64,000 bases of DNA from a virus: the IMG/VR virus record IMGVR_UViG_3300006931_000002, positions 32,001 to 96,000 of that record; one strand, 5' to 3'. A program made the translations under genes and the position numbers. Under the pieces are notes generated by a model. The model was given only the letters and a program-made list of their open reading frames with translations, was not told where the DNA came from and searched no databases. Shown here piece after piece: positions 18,797 to 27,966 of this stretch (position 1 is its first letter; each line of letters starts with the position of its first letter).

Positions 18797-19290
18797 CCTG
18801 GCATGGGGTGGAGCCGCCCCGTCCGGGCGAGCGCCGGACCATTCACCACGGGGCGATCCGAGTAGACGGGCTACCCCGGAAGTACACGGGTCACGATCGC
18901 ATCGTGTCTCACGGCTACGTGGCCAGCGTCTCCGCAGTCGGCGGCGACATCTGCATGTTCTTCAACGACCTCGAAACCGCCCTCGTGTTCGGACGCGCTG
19001 CCCGCATGTCGCCTGACTGTTCAGCGGGGTACGGGGTCTATCGGGGCGCGCGGGAACAGCGCGACTCGTACGGGCGTCCGCCGATCGACGTCCTCTACGT
19101 CACTGGTCCGAGCCTCGATCGTGAACCCGGCGAGCGGGAGCACTTGCAACGCTGGGTTGACGGCGTTACGCCGATCAGCTCGCATTGGCACCACCCGGAC
19201 TGCATCGCTCACAAGGTCGATCCCTCGATCGCCAAGGGCGTCCCCTGCACATGCGAGAAGGTCCGCCGCCGCGCGGCTGGTGTCCGATGA
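18793..19290 (+). CDS. hypothetical protein
   Basis: ATGA-coupled. Confidence 0.55.
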   Translation: MTWHGVEPPRPGERRTIHHGAIRVDGLPRKYTGHDRIVSHGYVASVSAVGGDICMFFNDLETALVFGRAARMSPDCSAGYGVYRGAREQRDSYGRPPIDVLYVTGPSLDREPGEREHLQRWVDGVTPISSHWHHPDCIAHKVDPSIAKGVPCTCEKVRRRAAGVR

Positions 19291-19652
19291 ACGACTGCGC
19301 GCCATGCGCTCGGGGCAAGCGTCCCGCTTTCCACTGCGGCGCGTGTGGGCGGCATATCGCCATCGGAAGCTCCCACTGGCTGCTGTTTGCCGACGAGTCC
19401 AGGGAGCCGTACGGCCATGTTCGGGGCGGTAGCGGTGGGAGTGCCCAGCGGCATGCCGCCGAGATGGCTTCCCATCTCACCACACAGGACGTCATCTGCG
19501 CCCACTGCACGATCGACACAAGGTCGTTGCACGCCAAGTACTACCCCGGCTGCGATGTCAGGTGGCATGACCTGCACGACCACCGCATGTCTTCGGCGAC
19601 CCACGCCGCGGCGGTGCGCATTCTCCGCGCTGCAAGGGTGGCGGCTCGGTGA
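19287..19652 (+). CDS. Cys-rich hypothetical protein
   Basis: CAPC, CGAC, CAHC. Confidence 0.5.
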   Translation: MNDCAPCARGKRPAFHCGACGRHIAIGSSHWLLFADESREPYGHVRGGSGGSAQRHAAEMASHLTTQDVICAHCTIDTRSLHAKYYPGCDVRWHDLHDHRMSSATHAAAVRILRAARVAAR

Positions 19653-19674
19653 ACCACTCCCGAAAGGATCAGCG

Positions 19675-20583
19675 TTGAGTACGGCCAATGCAACCCAACC
19701 CCTCTTCCCCGTCAACGGGGACATCACCCTCAGCCCGGTTCCCCAGGTCCACATCGTCGACGTCACCCCGGCGATGGCGGCCGAGTGGCTGACGAACCGT
19801 AACAACCACAACCGGAAAATGTCCGCGAGCCGGGTCGCAACCTACATCGCCGAGATGCGGCGCGGCGACTGGCAGTACAACGGCGATCCGATCCGCTTCG
19901 ACATCAACGGAACTCTCCTTGACGGCCAGCACCGGCTGTCCGCAGTAGTCGGTGCTGCGGTCACCGCCCGGTTCGTGCTCGCGACCGGCCTGCCGACCGA
20001 GTCCCAGGACACGATGGACCAGGGCGGCAAGCGCAACGTGAACAACATGCTCGACCTGCGGGGCGTTGCAAACCCGAACCATGTCGCAGCAGTCGGCCAG
20101 ATGTGCTGGGGCTACGCGAACGACCGGCTATCTGGTGCCGCAACGTGGAAACGCGGCACACCCGCGCAGGTGCTCCCGTTCATCGAGGAGCATTTGGAGT
20201 CGTTGCGGGCGGCGGTCGGACAGTCACGGTCACTCCGGAGGATGGTCACAACGAGCCTGGCGGCGGCGGGTACCGCCTACTGGGTATTTGCCCGGGCCGA
20301 TGCGGACGCTGCGCGAGAATTCTGGAGTCCTCTGCTCGATGGGGTTGGGCTGGCCGAGTCGTCGCCGATTCTGCTGCTACGTTCGCGGCTGATCCGGGAG
20401 GCGGGCGCGTCCCGCAAGCTCCCCGCTAGAGATCTTCTCGCCGTGTACATCAAGGCGTGGAACGCTTGGTTGGCGGACCAGACGATTTCACTGCTGGTGT
20501 GGAAGGACAGTCAGCCTTTCCCGAAGGCGATGACTCCGGCAGCAGCTGCCGCACTCGCTGCCGCCTTGAACGAGGACAACTAA
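19675..20583 (+). CDS. ParB/Srx-like N-terminal domain protein (DGQHR)
   Basis: VTPAMAAEWL..N..NR...LLDGQHRL; TTG start with RBS GAAAGGA. Confidence 0.75.
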   Translation: MSTANATQPLFPVNGDITLSPVPQVHIVDVTPAMAAEWLTNRNNHNRKMSASRVATYIAEMRRGDWQYNGDPIRFDINGTLLDGQHRLSAVVGAAVTARFVLATGLPTESQDTMDQGGKRNVNNMLDLRGVANPNHVAAVGQMCWGYANDRLSGAATWKRGTPAQVLPFIEEHLESLRAAVGQSRSLRRMVTTSLAAAGTAYWVFARADADAAREFWSPLLDGVGLAESSPILLLRSRLIREAGASRKLPARDLLAVYIKAWNAWLADQTISLLVWKDSQPFPKAMTPAAAAALAAALNEDN

Positions 20584-20612
20584 GTCAAGGTAGGAGAGAA
20601 AAGGAGACCCCC

Positions 20613-21062
20613 ATGACTGATCACCCTGACGTGACCCGCTCTGCGGAACTGCTCCGCATGAAGGCCGGCCTCGTCGCCACTCTGATCGGTGAGATCGGCG
20701 ACCTGGCCGGCACGATCAGCGAAGCGTCCCGCACGCCGGCCTCCGAGGACCCGGTGTTGGACGACCGGATCGGCCACCTTGTTGCCGGTCTGCGGAAGCT
20801 GAACGCCGAGCGGGCGAAGCAGATCATCGACTCGGTGCTCCGTGACATCGACATCACGGGGACCGTTGACATTGCCCGCCAGGCGAAGGTCGAGATGCAG
20901 TCGTCCGGTTCGAAGGTGAACCAGACGACGTTGACCGATGAGCTTCGCCGCCGCGGGGTCGAGTTGGGGAACTACAAGGCCGGCGTGTTGTGGGATGCGG
21001 TCAAGGCCGACCCGGTGCCGTCGTTGAACGGCCGCCGCCCGCTGTCGGCGCTACCGCTCTGA
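20613..21062 (+). CDS. hypothetical protein
   Basis: Strong RBS AAGGAG. Confidence 0.6.
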   Translation: MTDHPDVTRSAELLRMKAGLVATLIGEIGDLAGTISEASRTPASEDPVLDDRIGHLVAGLRKLNAERAKQIIDSVLRDIDITGTVDIARQAKVEMQSSGSKVNQTTLTDELRRRGVELGNYKAGVLWDAVKADPVPSLNGRRPLSALPL

Positions 21063-21532
21063 TGACCGCCAAGGAAGCTCCGGACTACTTCGCCATTCCG
21101 GACCCGCTCGACGAGTCGAAGGTGTCCTACTGGTATCGGCCGAAGAACAGTGCCACGTTGAAGCCGTGGCCGCCGCGCCGCTCGAAGTGGGGGGTGCTCT
21201 GGTCGAAGGATGTTCCGTCCGATCTGCGGAAGGGCACGCCGGAGCGTCGGGCGTTTGTCAACGCCCACTACGCCCGGGTGGCGGCAGCGCGGCGGACGGC
21301 GAATGAGGTCATCCGTGCCGATCCCGCGCGGGCTGCTGCCCGATTCGCCGGGCTGGCCATTCGCTGCGCCTTCTGCGGCAAAGCGTTGACCGACGAACGG
21401 AGCAAGACATATGGCGTCGGACCCGAGTGTCGCAGTGGCACGCCGCGTGAAGTGGTCGACGCGATTGCCGAGCTGGTGCGCGAGGTCTACGGCGAGGGTC
21501 TGACCCGCAACAGTTCGGAGGTGGCATGCTGA
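21062..21532 (+). CDS. DUF6011-domain protein
   Basis: CAFCGKALTDERSKTYGVGPEC. Confidence 0.75.
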   Translation: MTAKEAPDYFAIPDPLDESKVSYWYRPKNSATLKPWPPRRSKWGVLWSKDVPSDLRKGTPERRAFVNAHYARVAAARRTANEVIRADPARAAARFAGLAIRCAFCGKALTDERSKTYGVGPECRSGTPREVVDAIAELVREVYGEGLTRNSSEVAC

Positions 21533-22125
21533 TGGCTGAGGTCGCGCGATCGGATGCGGCCGAGTTTTACGGCAACGGCAACCCGAAGACTGACGCAGAT
21601 GGCAACAGGCTCTGTCCCCATGGCGCCGGCGCAGATCCGGAGCGCTTCCGTTCATCAACATGTAACGACTGCCAGATCGCGGAGGAAACCCGGAAGAAGT
21701 GGCAGCGCGAGCACGGCGACCCCCGCGAGCGCCGCCGTCGTACAGCCGATGCAAAAGCTAGGGCCAGAGCCGAGGGCACTGTCTACATCGCAGAGAACGT
21801 GACACACGGATCTGTGAGCTCCGCGAGGTTTGGATGCGAATGCGAACCCTGCGCGAAGCTCCGGACATACATCAAGAGGTTCCGAAGAAAGGGACTCACG
21901 GCGTCAATGGCGGCAGCCGAATGGCGGCGTGCTGAGGCCGCGCTGGCTTTGGCTCAGCGCGAGTACCAGCGAACGAGGACTGAAACTGCCGCCCGCATGG
22001 TGGCGAACCGCTTGGCGGAACTTCGGGCACTCGACTTTCTGATGCGTCAAGCGCCCGGGGCATCAGGGTCGATGCACTCCGGCCGGGGATCGGTTCGCAA
22101 TCCAATCAAGGGGAAGGTCCTGTGA
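21532..22125 (+). CDS. Zn-binding hypothetical protein
   Basis: CPHG..CNDC; HGS...GCECEPC. Confidence 0.55.
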   Translation: MAEVARSDAAEFYGNGNPKTDADGNRLCPHGAGADPERFRSSTCNDCQIAEETRKKWQREHGDPRERRRRTADAKARARAEGTVYIAENVTHGSVSSARFGCECEPCAKLRTYIKRFRRKGLTASMAAAEWRRAEAALALAQREYQRTRTETAARMVANRLAELRALDFLMRQAPGASGSMHSGRGSVRNPIKGKVL

Positions 22126-22171
22126 AGGGTCCTGAGGACAAGCCGCTCAAGCTCACGGAGAAGGTGTACTC

Positions 22172-22432
22172 ATGGCAGCGTTGAGCAACGGGCCAGTCGG
22201 CGAGATGGCGCCGATTGACGTTGACGCGATTGCCCGGGGGCCCGTGCGCAAGACTGCACCGCCCGTCAGGCCGATCGGCCCGAAGCTGCTGACCCACAAC
22301 TTCCCGATCCGCCCGGATTTGGTGGTGCCGTTGACACTGCCCGCCGAACTGACGGCGGCGGACGCCCACAGGATCGCCGAGTTCGTGGCCGCCCTCGCAT
22401 TCCCGGAGAGGCCGGCGACGTCCGGTGTCTGA
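22172..22432 (+). CDS. hypothetical protein
   Basis: FPIRPDLVVPLTLPAELT..DA.RIAEFV. Confidence 0.55.
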   Translation: MAALSNGPVGEMAPIDVDAIARGPVRKTAPPVRPIGPKLLTHNFPIRPDLVVPLTLPAELTAADAHRIAEFVAALAFPERPATSGV

Positions 22433-22718
22433 CCGTCTGTCGGCGTCGATCCGCCGCACCCACACCGTGTTCGAGGTGGGACGTCGGATCGGTCGTCTGA
22501 TCGTCGCTTCGGTGCGTCTTGGCTGGCGTGCCGAGAAAGGTTCGACGGTGACCGGGGTGACGGTCGTCGCGTCGTCGTCGCAGGCGGAGACGCTTCTCTA
22601 CAGCCTGGACTTGGCGCCGCGGCCGATTTCCAGGGCTGTGGAGATCGAGACTGAACGCGGCTGGGAAATGATCGGCCTGGACGCCCCGGACACGGCCGAC
22701 GGGGTGTGGGATGTCTGA
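22425..22718 (+). CDS. hypothetical protein
   Basis: Coupled ORF. Confidence 0.5.
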   Translation: MSDRLSASIRRTHTVFEVGRRIGRLIVASVRLGWRAEKGSTVTGVTVVASSSQAETLLYSLDLAPRPISRAVEIETERGWEMIGLDAPDTADGVWDV

Positions 22719-22935
22719 CGGCCCGCGCATCGAGTGGGGTCACCGTCTCGCCGCGGACTTCCCGGGCCGGGAGCGGATGCGGGACCGCGACCGGATTCAC
22801 GCCTGCCTCGACGAGCATGGCCGTCCGAATCGAGTGCCGTGCGCCAACCCGGATGTGATGGGCTATCCCATGGATCATGTCTGGCGTCTGGTCACCGGCT
22901 GGCAGACCGGGCCGGTTCCGGAATGGAGACCCTGA
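22711..22935 (+). CDS. hypothetical protein (EWGHR family)
   Basis: RIEWGHR...PC...HVWR. Confidence 0.55.
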   Translation: MSDGPRIEWGHRLAADFPGRERMRDRDRIHACLDEHGRPNRVPCANPDVMGYPMDHVWRLVTGWQTGPVPEWRP

Positions 22936-23348
22936 TGGCCGAGTGGGAGCCGAGTCCGGTGGACCGTGTCGAGTGGGGTCATCGGAACCCGGACGGGTCG
23001 GTGTCGGGCTGCTGGTCCTACCACGCCAACGGCGCGGCTTTTCTGTCCAGCGAGCCATGTGGCCGGCCGATGTGGAACGGCGCGCCGACAGTGCATGTCT
23101 GGCGCCGCCGCCAGATCGGCGAGTGGAAGGCCGAAGGCTTCGTCGACCCGGACACCGTTGCCGGAACACCGGAGAACCTTCGGGCGCTCGCCCGGTTCCT
23201 GGCTCCGTACCGCTGCTGCGGGAATGTCGATCCCGCCGGCTGCGACTCCCGGTGCGGGTGGGACCGTCTGGGGCTGTCTTGGGATCTGTCGGTGATGGAA
23301 CGCCGCGTCCGCGAGGAACTGGAGCGGCTGGAGAAGGTCGATGGCTGA
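22935..23348 (+). CDS. hypothetical protein (EWGHR family)
   Basis: RVEWGHR...PC...HVWR. Confidence 0.55.
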   Translation: MAEWEPSPVDRVEWGHRNPDGSVSGCWSYHANGAAFLSSEPCGRPMWNGAPTVHVWRRRQIGEWKAEGFVDPDTVAGTPENLRALARFLAPYRCCGNVDPAGCDSRCGWDRLGLSWDLSVMERRVREELERLEKVDG

Positions 23349-23565
23349 CCCCCGCCTGAGTGCGAACAGGCAGGCGGTGACGATGGCGCCATCGGAGTCG
23401 GCTCTCCGCTCGGAACTGATCGCCCTTGTCGAGGCTCTTGAAACCGAAGCGTCGGAGGCCCGCGGCACGTCGAATCTGGCCATGGCCATGGAGGCGTCTG
23501 GCCGGCTGGTGGCCGCCTACCGGCTGCGCCGCGTCTTGAACGGGGAGGACTGGCGCGATGGATGA
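23341..23565 (+). CDS. hypothetical protein
   Basis: Coupled ORF. Confidence 0.5.
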   Translation: MADPRLSANRQAVTMAPSESALRSELIALVEALETEASEARGTSNLAMAMEASGRLVAAYRLRRVLNGEDWRDG

Positions 23566-24154
23566 TCCTCGCCGCCGGGTGCTGGCCCGTGTCGAAACCG
23601 AGCCGATCCCGGCTGGCCTGTGGGACTCGTTGTCGGACGCGCTGATGGAGACGGCCGCCGGCTTCGGGGTGATGTGCGGCGGCCACGTCGTCGACTGCGC
23701 GGAGGACGGCTGGGAGCCGGCGCCGAGCGTCGAACCTGAGTCGTGGCGTCCGACCGGCGAGATCGAGCGGCTGCGCGCCGCGCTGGCCGAGACTGAAGGC
23801 GACCTTCTTCGACTCGTGCGGTCGATGACTGTTCCGTGGGAGCGGATACCGGAGGCCCGCAGGGAGAAGATCCGCCAGCGGTGCCGCCAGCTTGAAGCGG
23901 AGATCGCGGCCGGGGACCGTCCGGAGCCGATCGGCATGGAAGACCTGACGGTTTGGCTGTGGAAGTTGCTCGCCGCGGTCTTTCCGAACGCGCCAGCGAA
24001 GCCGATCAGCGCCGAGACGATCGCGACCGCTGTGGAGCATCTTGCGGTGCTGCATGATCTAGCCCGGGAGGCCGACCGGCCGTCCACGTTCAAGGAAGAC
24101 GGGCAAACCTTGAACGCAGACGGCGGCCGTTCAACTTTCGACCGTCAAGGTTGA
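23558..24154 (+). CDS. hypothetical protein
   Basis: Last ORF of the rightward operon. Confidence 0.55.
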   Translation: MDDPRRRVLARVETEPIPAGLWDSLSDALMETAAGFGVMCGGHVVDCAEDGWEPAPSVEPESWRPTGEIERLRAALAETEGDLLRLVRSMTVPWERIPEARREKIRQRCRQLEAEIAAGDRPEPIGMEDLTVWLWKLLAAVFPNAPAKPISAETIATAVEHLAVLHDLAREADRPSTFKEDGQTLNADGGRSTFDRQG

Positions 24155-24157
24155 ACG

Positions 24158-24583
24158 TCAGGCCGCGTACCGGGTGATGTCCCCAACCCGGCAGGTGTAG
24201 GGGCCGTTCGCGGTTTGCAGGCTGGAGGCGTCCTGCGGGGAGGATGCCTGTCCGGGTGCGAGGCCGTTGACGGAGACGAGTCCGGTGCCGATCTGGGTTT
24301 TGCCGTCGGGCGATTCCATCACGATGTTGACGATGTAGTTCGACGCCTTCGACGAGTGGTTGGTGACGACCACCTTTGCCGCCGCGAACCCTGCATCGTC
24401 GGGCGCGCAGGCGGTGATGGCGACGTCCTCCGAGTGCGCCGGTCCGGCGCTGGCCTTCGCGGTCGCCCCACCGGTTGAGGTGGAGGCGCTGGCCCCGGTG
24501 GAGGTCTTGCAGGCTGCGAGACTGGCAGCGGCGAGCCCGGCGGCGGCGAGCATCACCCAGCGTCTGTGGTCGTTGCGTGGCAT
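24158..24583 (-). CDS. lipoprotein (Ig-like beta domain)
   Basis: Signal peptide with lipobox LAAC, S/T/A linker, beta-rich domain. Confidence 0.75.
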   Translation of the reverse strand: MPRNDHRRWVMLAAAGLAAASLAACKTSTGASASTSTGGATAKASAGPAHSEDVAITACAPDDAGFAAAKVVVTNHSSKASNYIVNIVMESPDGKTQIGTGLVSVNGLAPGQASSPQDASSLQTANGPYTCRVGDITRYAA

Positions 24584-24660
24584 GTGCATTCCCCCTTGCG
24601 ATGTTGGCGGGGGGACGGTAGCGCACGTTTGCTCACAAGACAGCCACCGGGGGTGACCGA

Positions 24661-24676
24661 TCGAACACAGGTTCGA
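24661..24676. promoter_or_regulatory. LexA (SOS) box
   Basis: TCGAAC-ACAG-GTTCGA, exact actinobacterial consensus, intergenic. Confidence 0.7.
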
Positions 24677-24904
24677 TGGAGGCGGGTGAACGCCCTCCAT
24701 CCGGAGGACGCTAGACGTGCGAGCCGGTCCCCGGGCAGGTCCGCCGGGTCTTCGGATGCTGGTGATCTGAAATGACCCCAGCAGTTGCCCACACCGTCGA
24801 ATCGCATGCGCCACACGTCGCCCACTGACCCTTGGCGCGTCCATCGTCATACTCCGGATCGGCATCATCCTGATCTGGCTGCCTACCCCACTTGGCCAAG
24901 ACGA

Positions 24905-25417
24905 TCAGATCCTTTCCGTGGTGATGTACTCGCGATCTGCCCGTAGAGGCTGACCCGCAGACAGCGTATAGACGAAAAGCAGGCAAATCTCCGCACCCGA
25001 GTGGAAATCCACGCTGATGCCAGGCCGCCGGACCGAGGTCTTCCCTTCACCGAGCGAGTGGCGGCGCACCCGTGCGATCTCCCGAGAGCCGCCATTGGTG
25101 ACAACCGCGGCGAGCCAGCCTTCAAAGGCCGCCACATCGACCTTGCCTGACGTCACGTCGAGGCGGGGCAGCGTCACAGGGGGCAACGCGGCGGCACCTT
25201 CGACGATCCGCTCGCCACCCACATCGCCGCCGGGCGGGCTGGCCCGCACGGTCTGAACGTAGATCTGCGCCCCTGTTGTGAACCGGAACCGGACCCCAGC
25301 AGGCTTGTCGTGGAACTGGTCGGTGTCGTCGGCGAACGTGACCGCCAGGTCGATTGCCGGGTCAGCGGCCTCGGCGATCTGCCCCATCAGGTAGGTGGTG
25401 AAGCGTGGCAATCGCAT
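24905..25417 (-). CDS. hypothetical protein
   Basis: RBS GGAGG; internally repeated F.F.[TS]GA.I motif. Confidence 0.6.
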   Translation of the reverse strand: MRLPRFTTYLMGQIAEAADPAIDLAVTFADDTDQFHDKPAGVRFRFTTGAQIYVQTVRASPPGGDVGGERIVEGAAALPPVTLPRLDVTSGKVDVAAFEGWLAAVVTNGGSREIARVRRHSLGEGKTSVRRPGISVDFHSGAEICLLFVYTLSAGQPLRADREYITTERI

Positions 25418-25495
25418 GCGTCCTCCGGGTTGCTGGTTGTCCCTGACGGTAGGGCGGGCAACCCGGAACAACACAAACCGAAAGTGCGTGTCGCG

Positions 25496-25756
25496 TCACG
25501 AGATGTCCGTGTTGTCCCGTTCCGCACGCCACCCGGGTCTGTTGCGGTCGAGCCATGGCTCCACATCTCGCCGGCGCCATACCCTCACGCGCCCGTCCAC
25601 GGACGTCCACCACGGCGCCGGGAAGTCCCGATAGCGCGAGAAGTGGTAGGCGCGGGTCTTCGCCACGCCCAGCCACAGCCGAATCTCGGCAATGGTGATC
25701 AGCTCGCCTGGGGCTGCCCGGCCGTCGTCTGCCCCCTGCCCGTCGGTGCTGTCCAC
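25496..25756 (-). CDS. AlpA/excisionase-like HTH protein
   Basis: LITIAEIRLWLGVAKTRAY...DFPAP....RVWRRRDVEPW. Confidence 0.8.
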   Translation of the reverse strand: MDSTDGQGADDGRAAPGELITIAEIRLWLGVAKTRAYHFSRYRDFPAPWWTSVDGRVRVWRRRDVEPWLDRNRPGWRAERDNTDIS

Positions 25757-25933
25757 AGGTTCACACGCTGGGGCTGACCGTGCGGTTCCCCCGTACGTAC
25801 TTCCGACATGGTCCTCGACGCGCTAACCTGACGTCCCAGTCGCGCGCCGCAACGGTCGCGTTGCTTTGAGACAGAAAAGCCCCGGGCAGGCTGGCGGGCC
25901 GACCCGGGGCACGACGCCATCGGAGGGCGCCGT

Positions 25934-26362
25934 ATGTCCACATCATCCCCGACGGACCCTGCGCCGGACCAGTCCACGCCCAGACCACAGCGAACGTCCC
26001 GCGACGGCGGATTCTCGATCTGGCACAGCCACGTGACCGATGGCTGGGAAGCCCGAATCGCGATCGGCACATCAGTGTTGGACCTGGTCCGCGGCCTGTC
26101 CATGTACCTACCCGGCGGGGTGCGGCTCGTCGACACCCGACCTGATGACGGCTCTGGAATGGCGCTACTGGTGTTTGAGCCGGACGAGCCGGACGGCGTC
26201 GTTGACCGGATGCTCGCCGCGGACCGCGCGGAGCTGGGTGCAGACCTGGCCACGCTGAACCTTGAGGCCGGGCTCGCCGCGATCGTCGGCACACAGCCGG
26301 ATGGCGAGACGACGCCGGACGCTGCCGGCTCACAGCCGGACCTGCATGGGGCGTCGTCGTGA
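25934..26362 (+). CDS. hypothetical protein
   Basis: RBS GGAGG; GWEARIAIG resembles DWEVRVPV in the next ORF. Confidence 0.55.
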   Translation: MSTSSPTDPAPDQSTPRPQRTSRDGGFSIWHSHVTDGWEARIAIGTSVLDLVRGLSMYLPGGVRLVDTRPDDGSGMALLVFEPDEPDGVVDRMLAADRAELGADLATLNLEAGLAAIVGTQPDGETTPDAAGSQPDLHGASS

Positions 26363-26583
26363 ACGGCCCGTCGGTCGTCGTCATAACCCACACCGCCGGC
26401 TCCGACGACTGGGAGGTCCGTGTCCCCGTCCGTATCCCGTCGGCTGCGCTGATCTGGGGTCTTCGGACGCTTCCGTCCGGGCTGGGGCTGAACACTGCCG
26501 GCCCGGACGTCGAGGACGAAGAGGCGTTGCTGTTCCAGTTCACCCGGCTCAACCCGGCCACTGCCCGCGATTCCAAGGACTAG
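26359..26583 (+). CDS. hypothetical protein
   Basis: GTGA-coupled. Confidence 0.5.
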   Translation: MNGPSVVVITHTAGSDDWEVRVPVRIPSAALIWGLRTLPSGLGLNTAGPDVEDEEALLFQFTRLNPATARDSKD

Positions 26584-26653
26584 CGTCCCGCCGATCCCAC
26601 ACGCTTCACGGGGAGACACACGTGTGCCACCGTCCGCCCGCACCGGACAGGAG

Positions 26654-27610
26654 ATGTCCTTGGACCACACCGACCGCCGCCGCATCCTCACCGCTGGGAT
26701 TCTCCTCCCGGTGGGCCTCTTGACCGCCGGAGGAACAGTCGGCGCCAGCACGACCAGCGTCCGCACCGACATCGACACGGGTGTTGCCGGCATAGTCGCC
26801 CGCTGGGAGTCGACGAACCTCGTCGACGTCCTCAACGCCACCCACCACTGGGCGTACCTGTGCCGCCAGCTCGGCAGCAGGGGCCGAGACTGGCAGTTGA
26901 CCACAGGGCGGGTGGCGCTGCTCTCAGCCCGCGCACATGCCGACCTGGGCGAAACAACCATGGCGCTTGCCGAAGCGCAGAAAGCCCGGGTTTTGGGCCG
27001 GGCCTGCGGCGACACGGCCACCGAAGCCGAAGCGACACTCGTCGCAGCAGAGGTTCATGACGCGGCCACCCCAACGTCGGCGATCCCCCTACAGATGACA
27101 CGGGCCGCACGGCGCCGCGCCGGCACATCGTGGCTGGGTGTAGCCGCCGCGTCGATCGAAGCGGCGATCCTCGCACGGGGAGGACCGGGCTCCGCATCCG
27201 ACGTGATCGACGTGCTGCGGGACGCGGACACAGCAGCCCGGCTGCTGCCCGAACCGCGACCCGGCGAGTTCAGCCCCGGCCAGCTTGCCGCGTTCGGCGG
27301 CTGTGCTCTGATCCGAGCGGGAAGGCCTGACGAGGCGACGGACCGTCTCTCTGACGCCGTGTTCGACGAGCACGCTGCTCCGGGGATGGCGTCGGCGGTG
27401 CTTGTCTACCGGGCTTCGGCGGCGGTCGCCGGCCGCCGGTTCGATGAGGGTGCGGCGCTTGCCGGGCGGGCGTTGGACGTGTCCGCCCAGAGGCCCACTG
27501 CATGGCTGGCCGCGTCGGTACGGGGTCAGGCGCAGACGGCAGGCGGTAAGGGCGGGTATGACGCCCTGGTCGGCCGACTCGGTGGTTGGCCTGCGGCGGC
27601 AACGGTCTGA
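26654..27610 (+). CDS. all-helical (TPR-like) protein resembling the C-terminal part of actinomycete XRE regulators
   Basis: DRRRIL start, Ala-rich helical repeats, RBS AGGAG. Confidence 0.55.
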   Translation: MSLDHTDRRRILTAGILLPVGLLTAGGTVGASTTSVRTDIDTGVAGIVARWESTNLVDVLNATHHWAYLCRQLGSRGRDWQLTTGRVALLSARAHADLGETTMALAEAQKARVLGRACGDTATEAEATLVAAEVHDAATPTSAIPLQMTRAARRRAGTSWLGVAAASIEAAILARGGPGSASDVIDVLRDADTAARLLPEPRPGEFSPGQLAAFGGCALIRAGRPDEATDRLSDAVFDEHAAPGMASAVLVYRASAAVAGRRFDEGAALAGRALDVSAQRPTAWLAASVRGQAQTAGGKGGYDALVGRLGGWPAAATV

Positions 27611-27966
27611 GGGGGCGGCGGATGGTCAACTCCTGCGGGACCTGCACTGGGCGGCAGAATTGAGTGCCTACGGCGAGCCGTCACCACCCAGACAGCCGTG
27701 CATCCGGTTCGCCGCGATCCCCTGTCCGACCTGTCGGGTGGAGCGGGAAGCGGTCGCGAAGGAACAGGCGGCAGGCACGTTCGTCGCCACCCGCTCCCGG
27801 CCGGGGGCGAAGAACAACCTGCGGCCCCTAGGTGCGCGGCCTGCGGGCTGCACCTGTCGGACCGTCTGGAAGGCGGGTGAGGGGCCGGAGGCCGCCCGGG
27901 AGCGGCAGGGGTGGGGCGAGACCCGACCGTCGACACCCCAGGACGCCGGACCGCCTGTTTGAGCGC

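Noticed and set aside
22153-24093. Long antisense ORFs (646 aa here; also 37006-38220, 59411-60961, 25699-27021)
   Set aside because: Shadow frames of real opposite-strand genes caused by GC bias; low-complexity R/P/S/A composition
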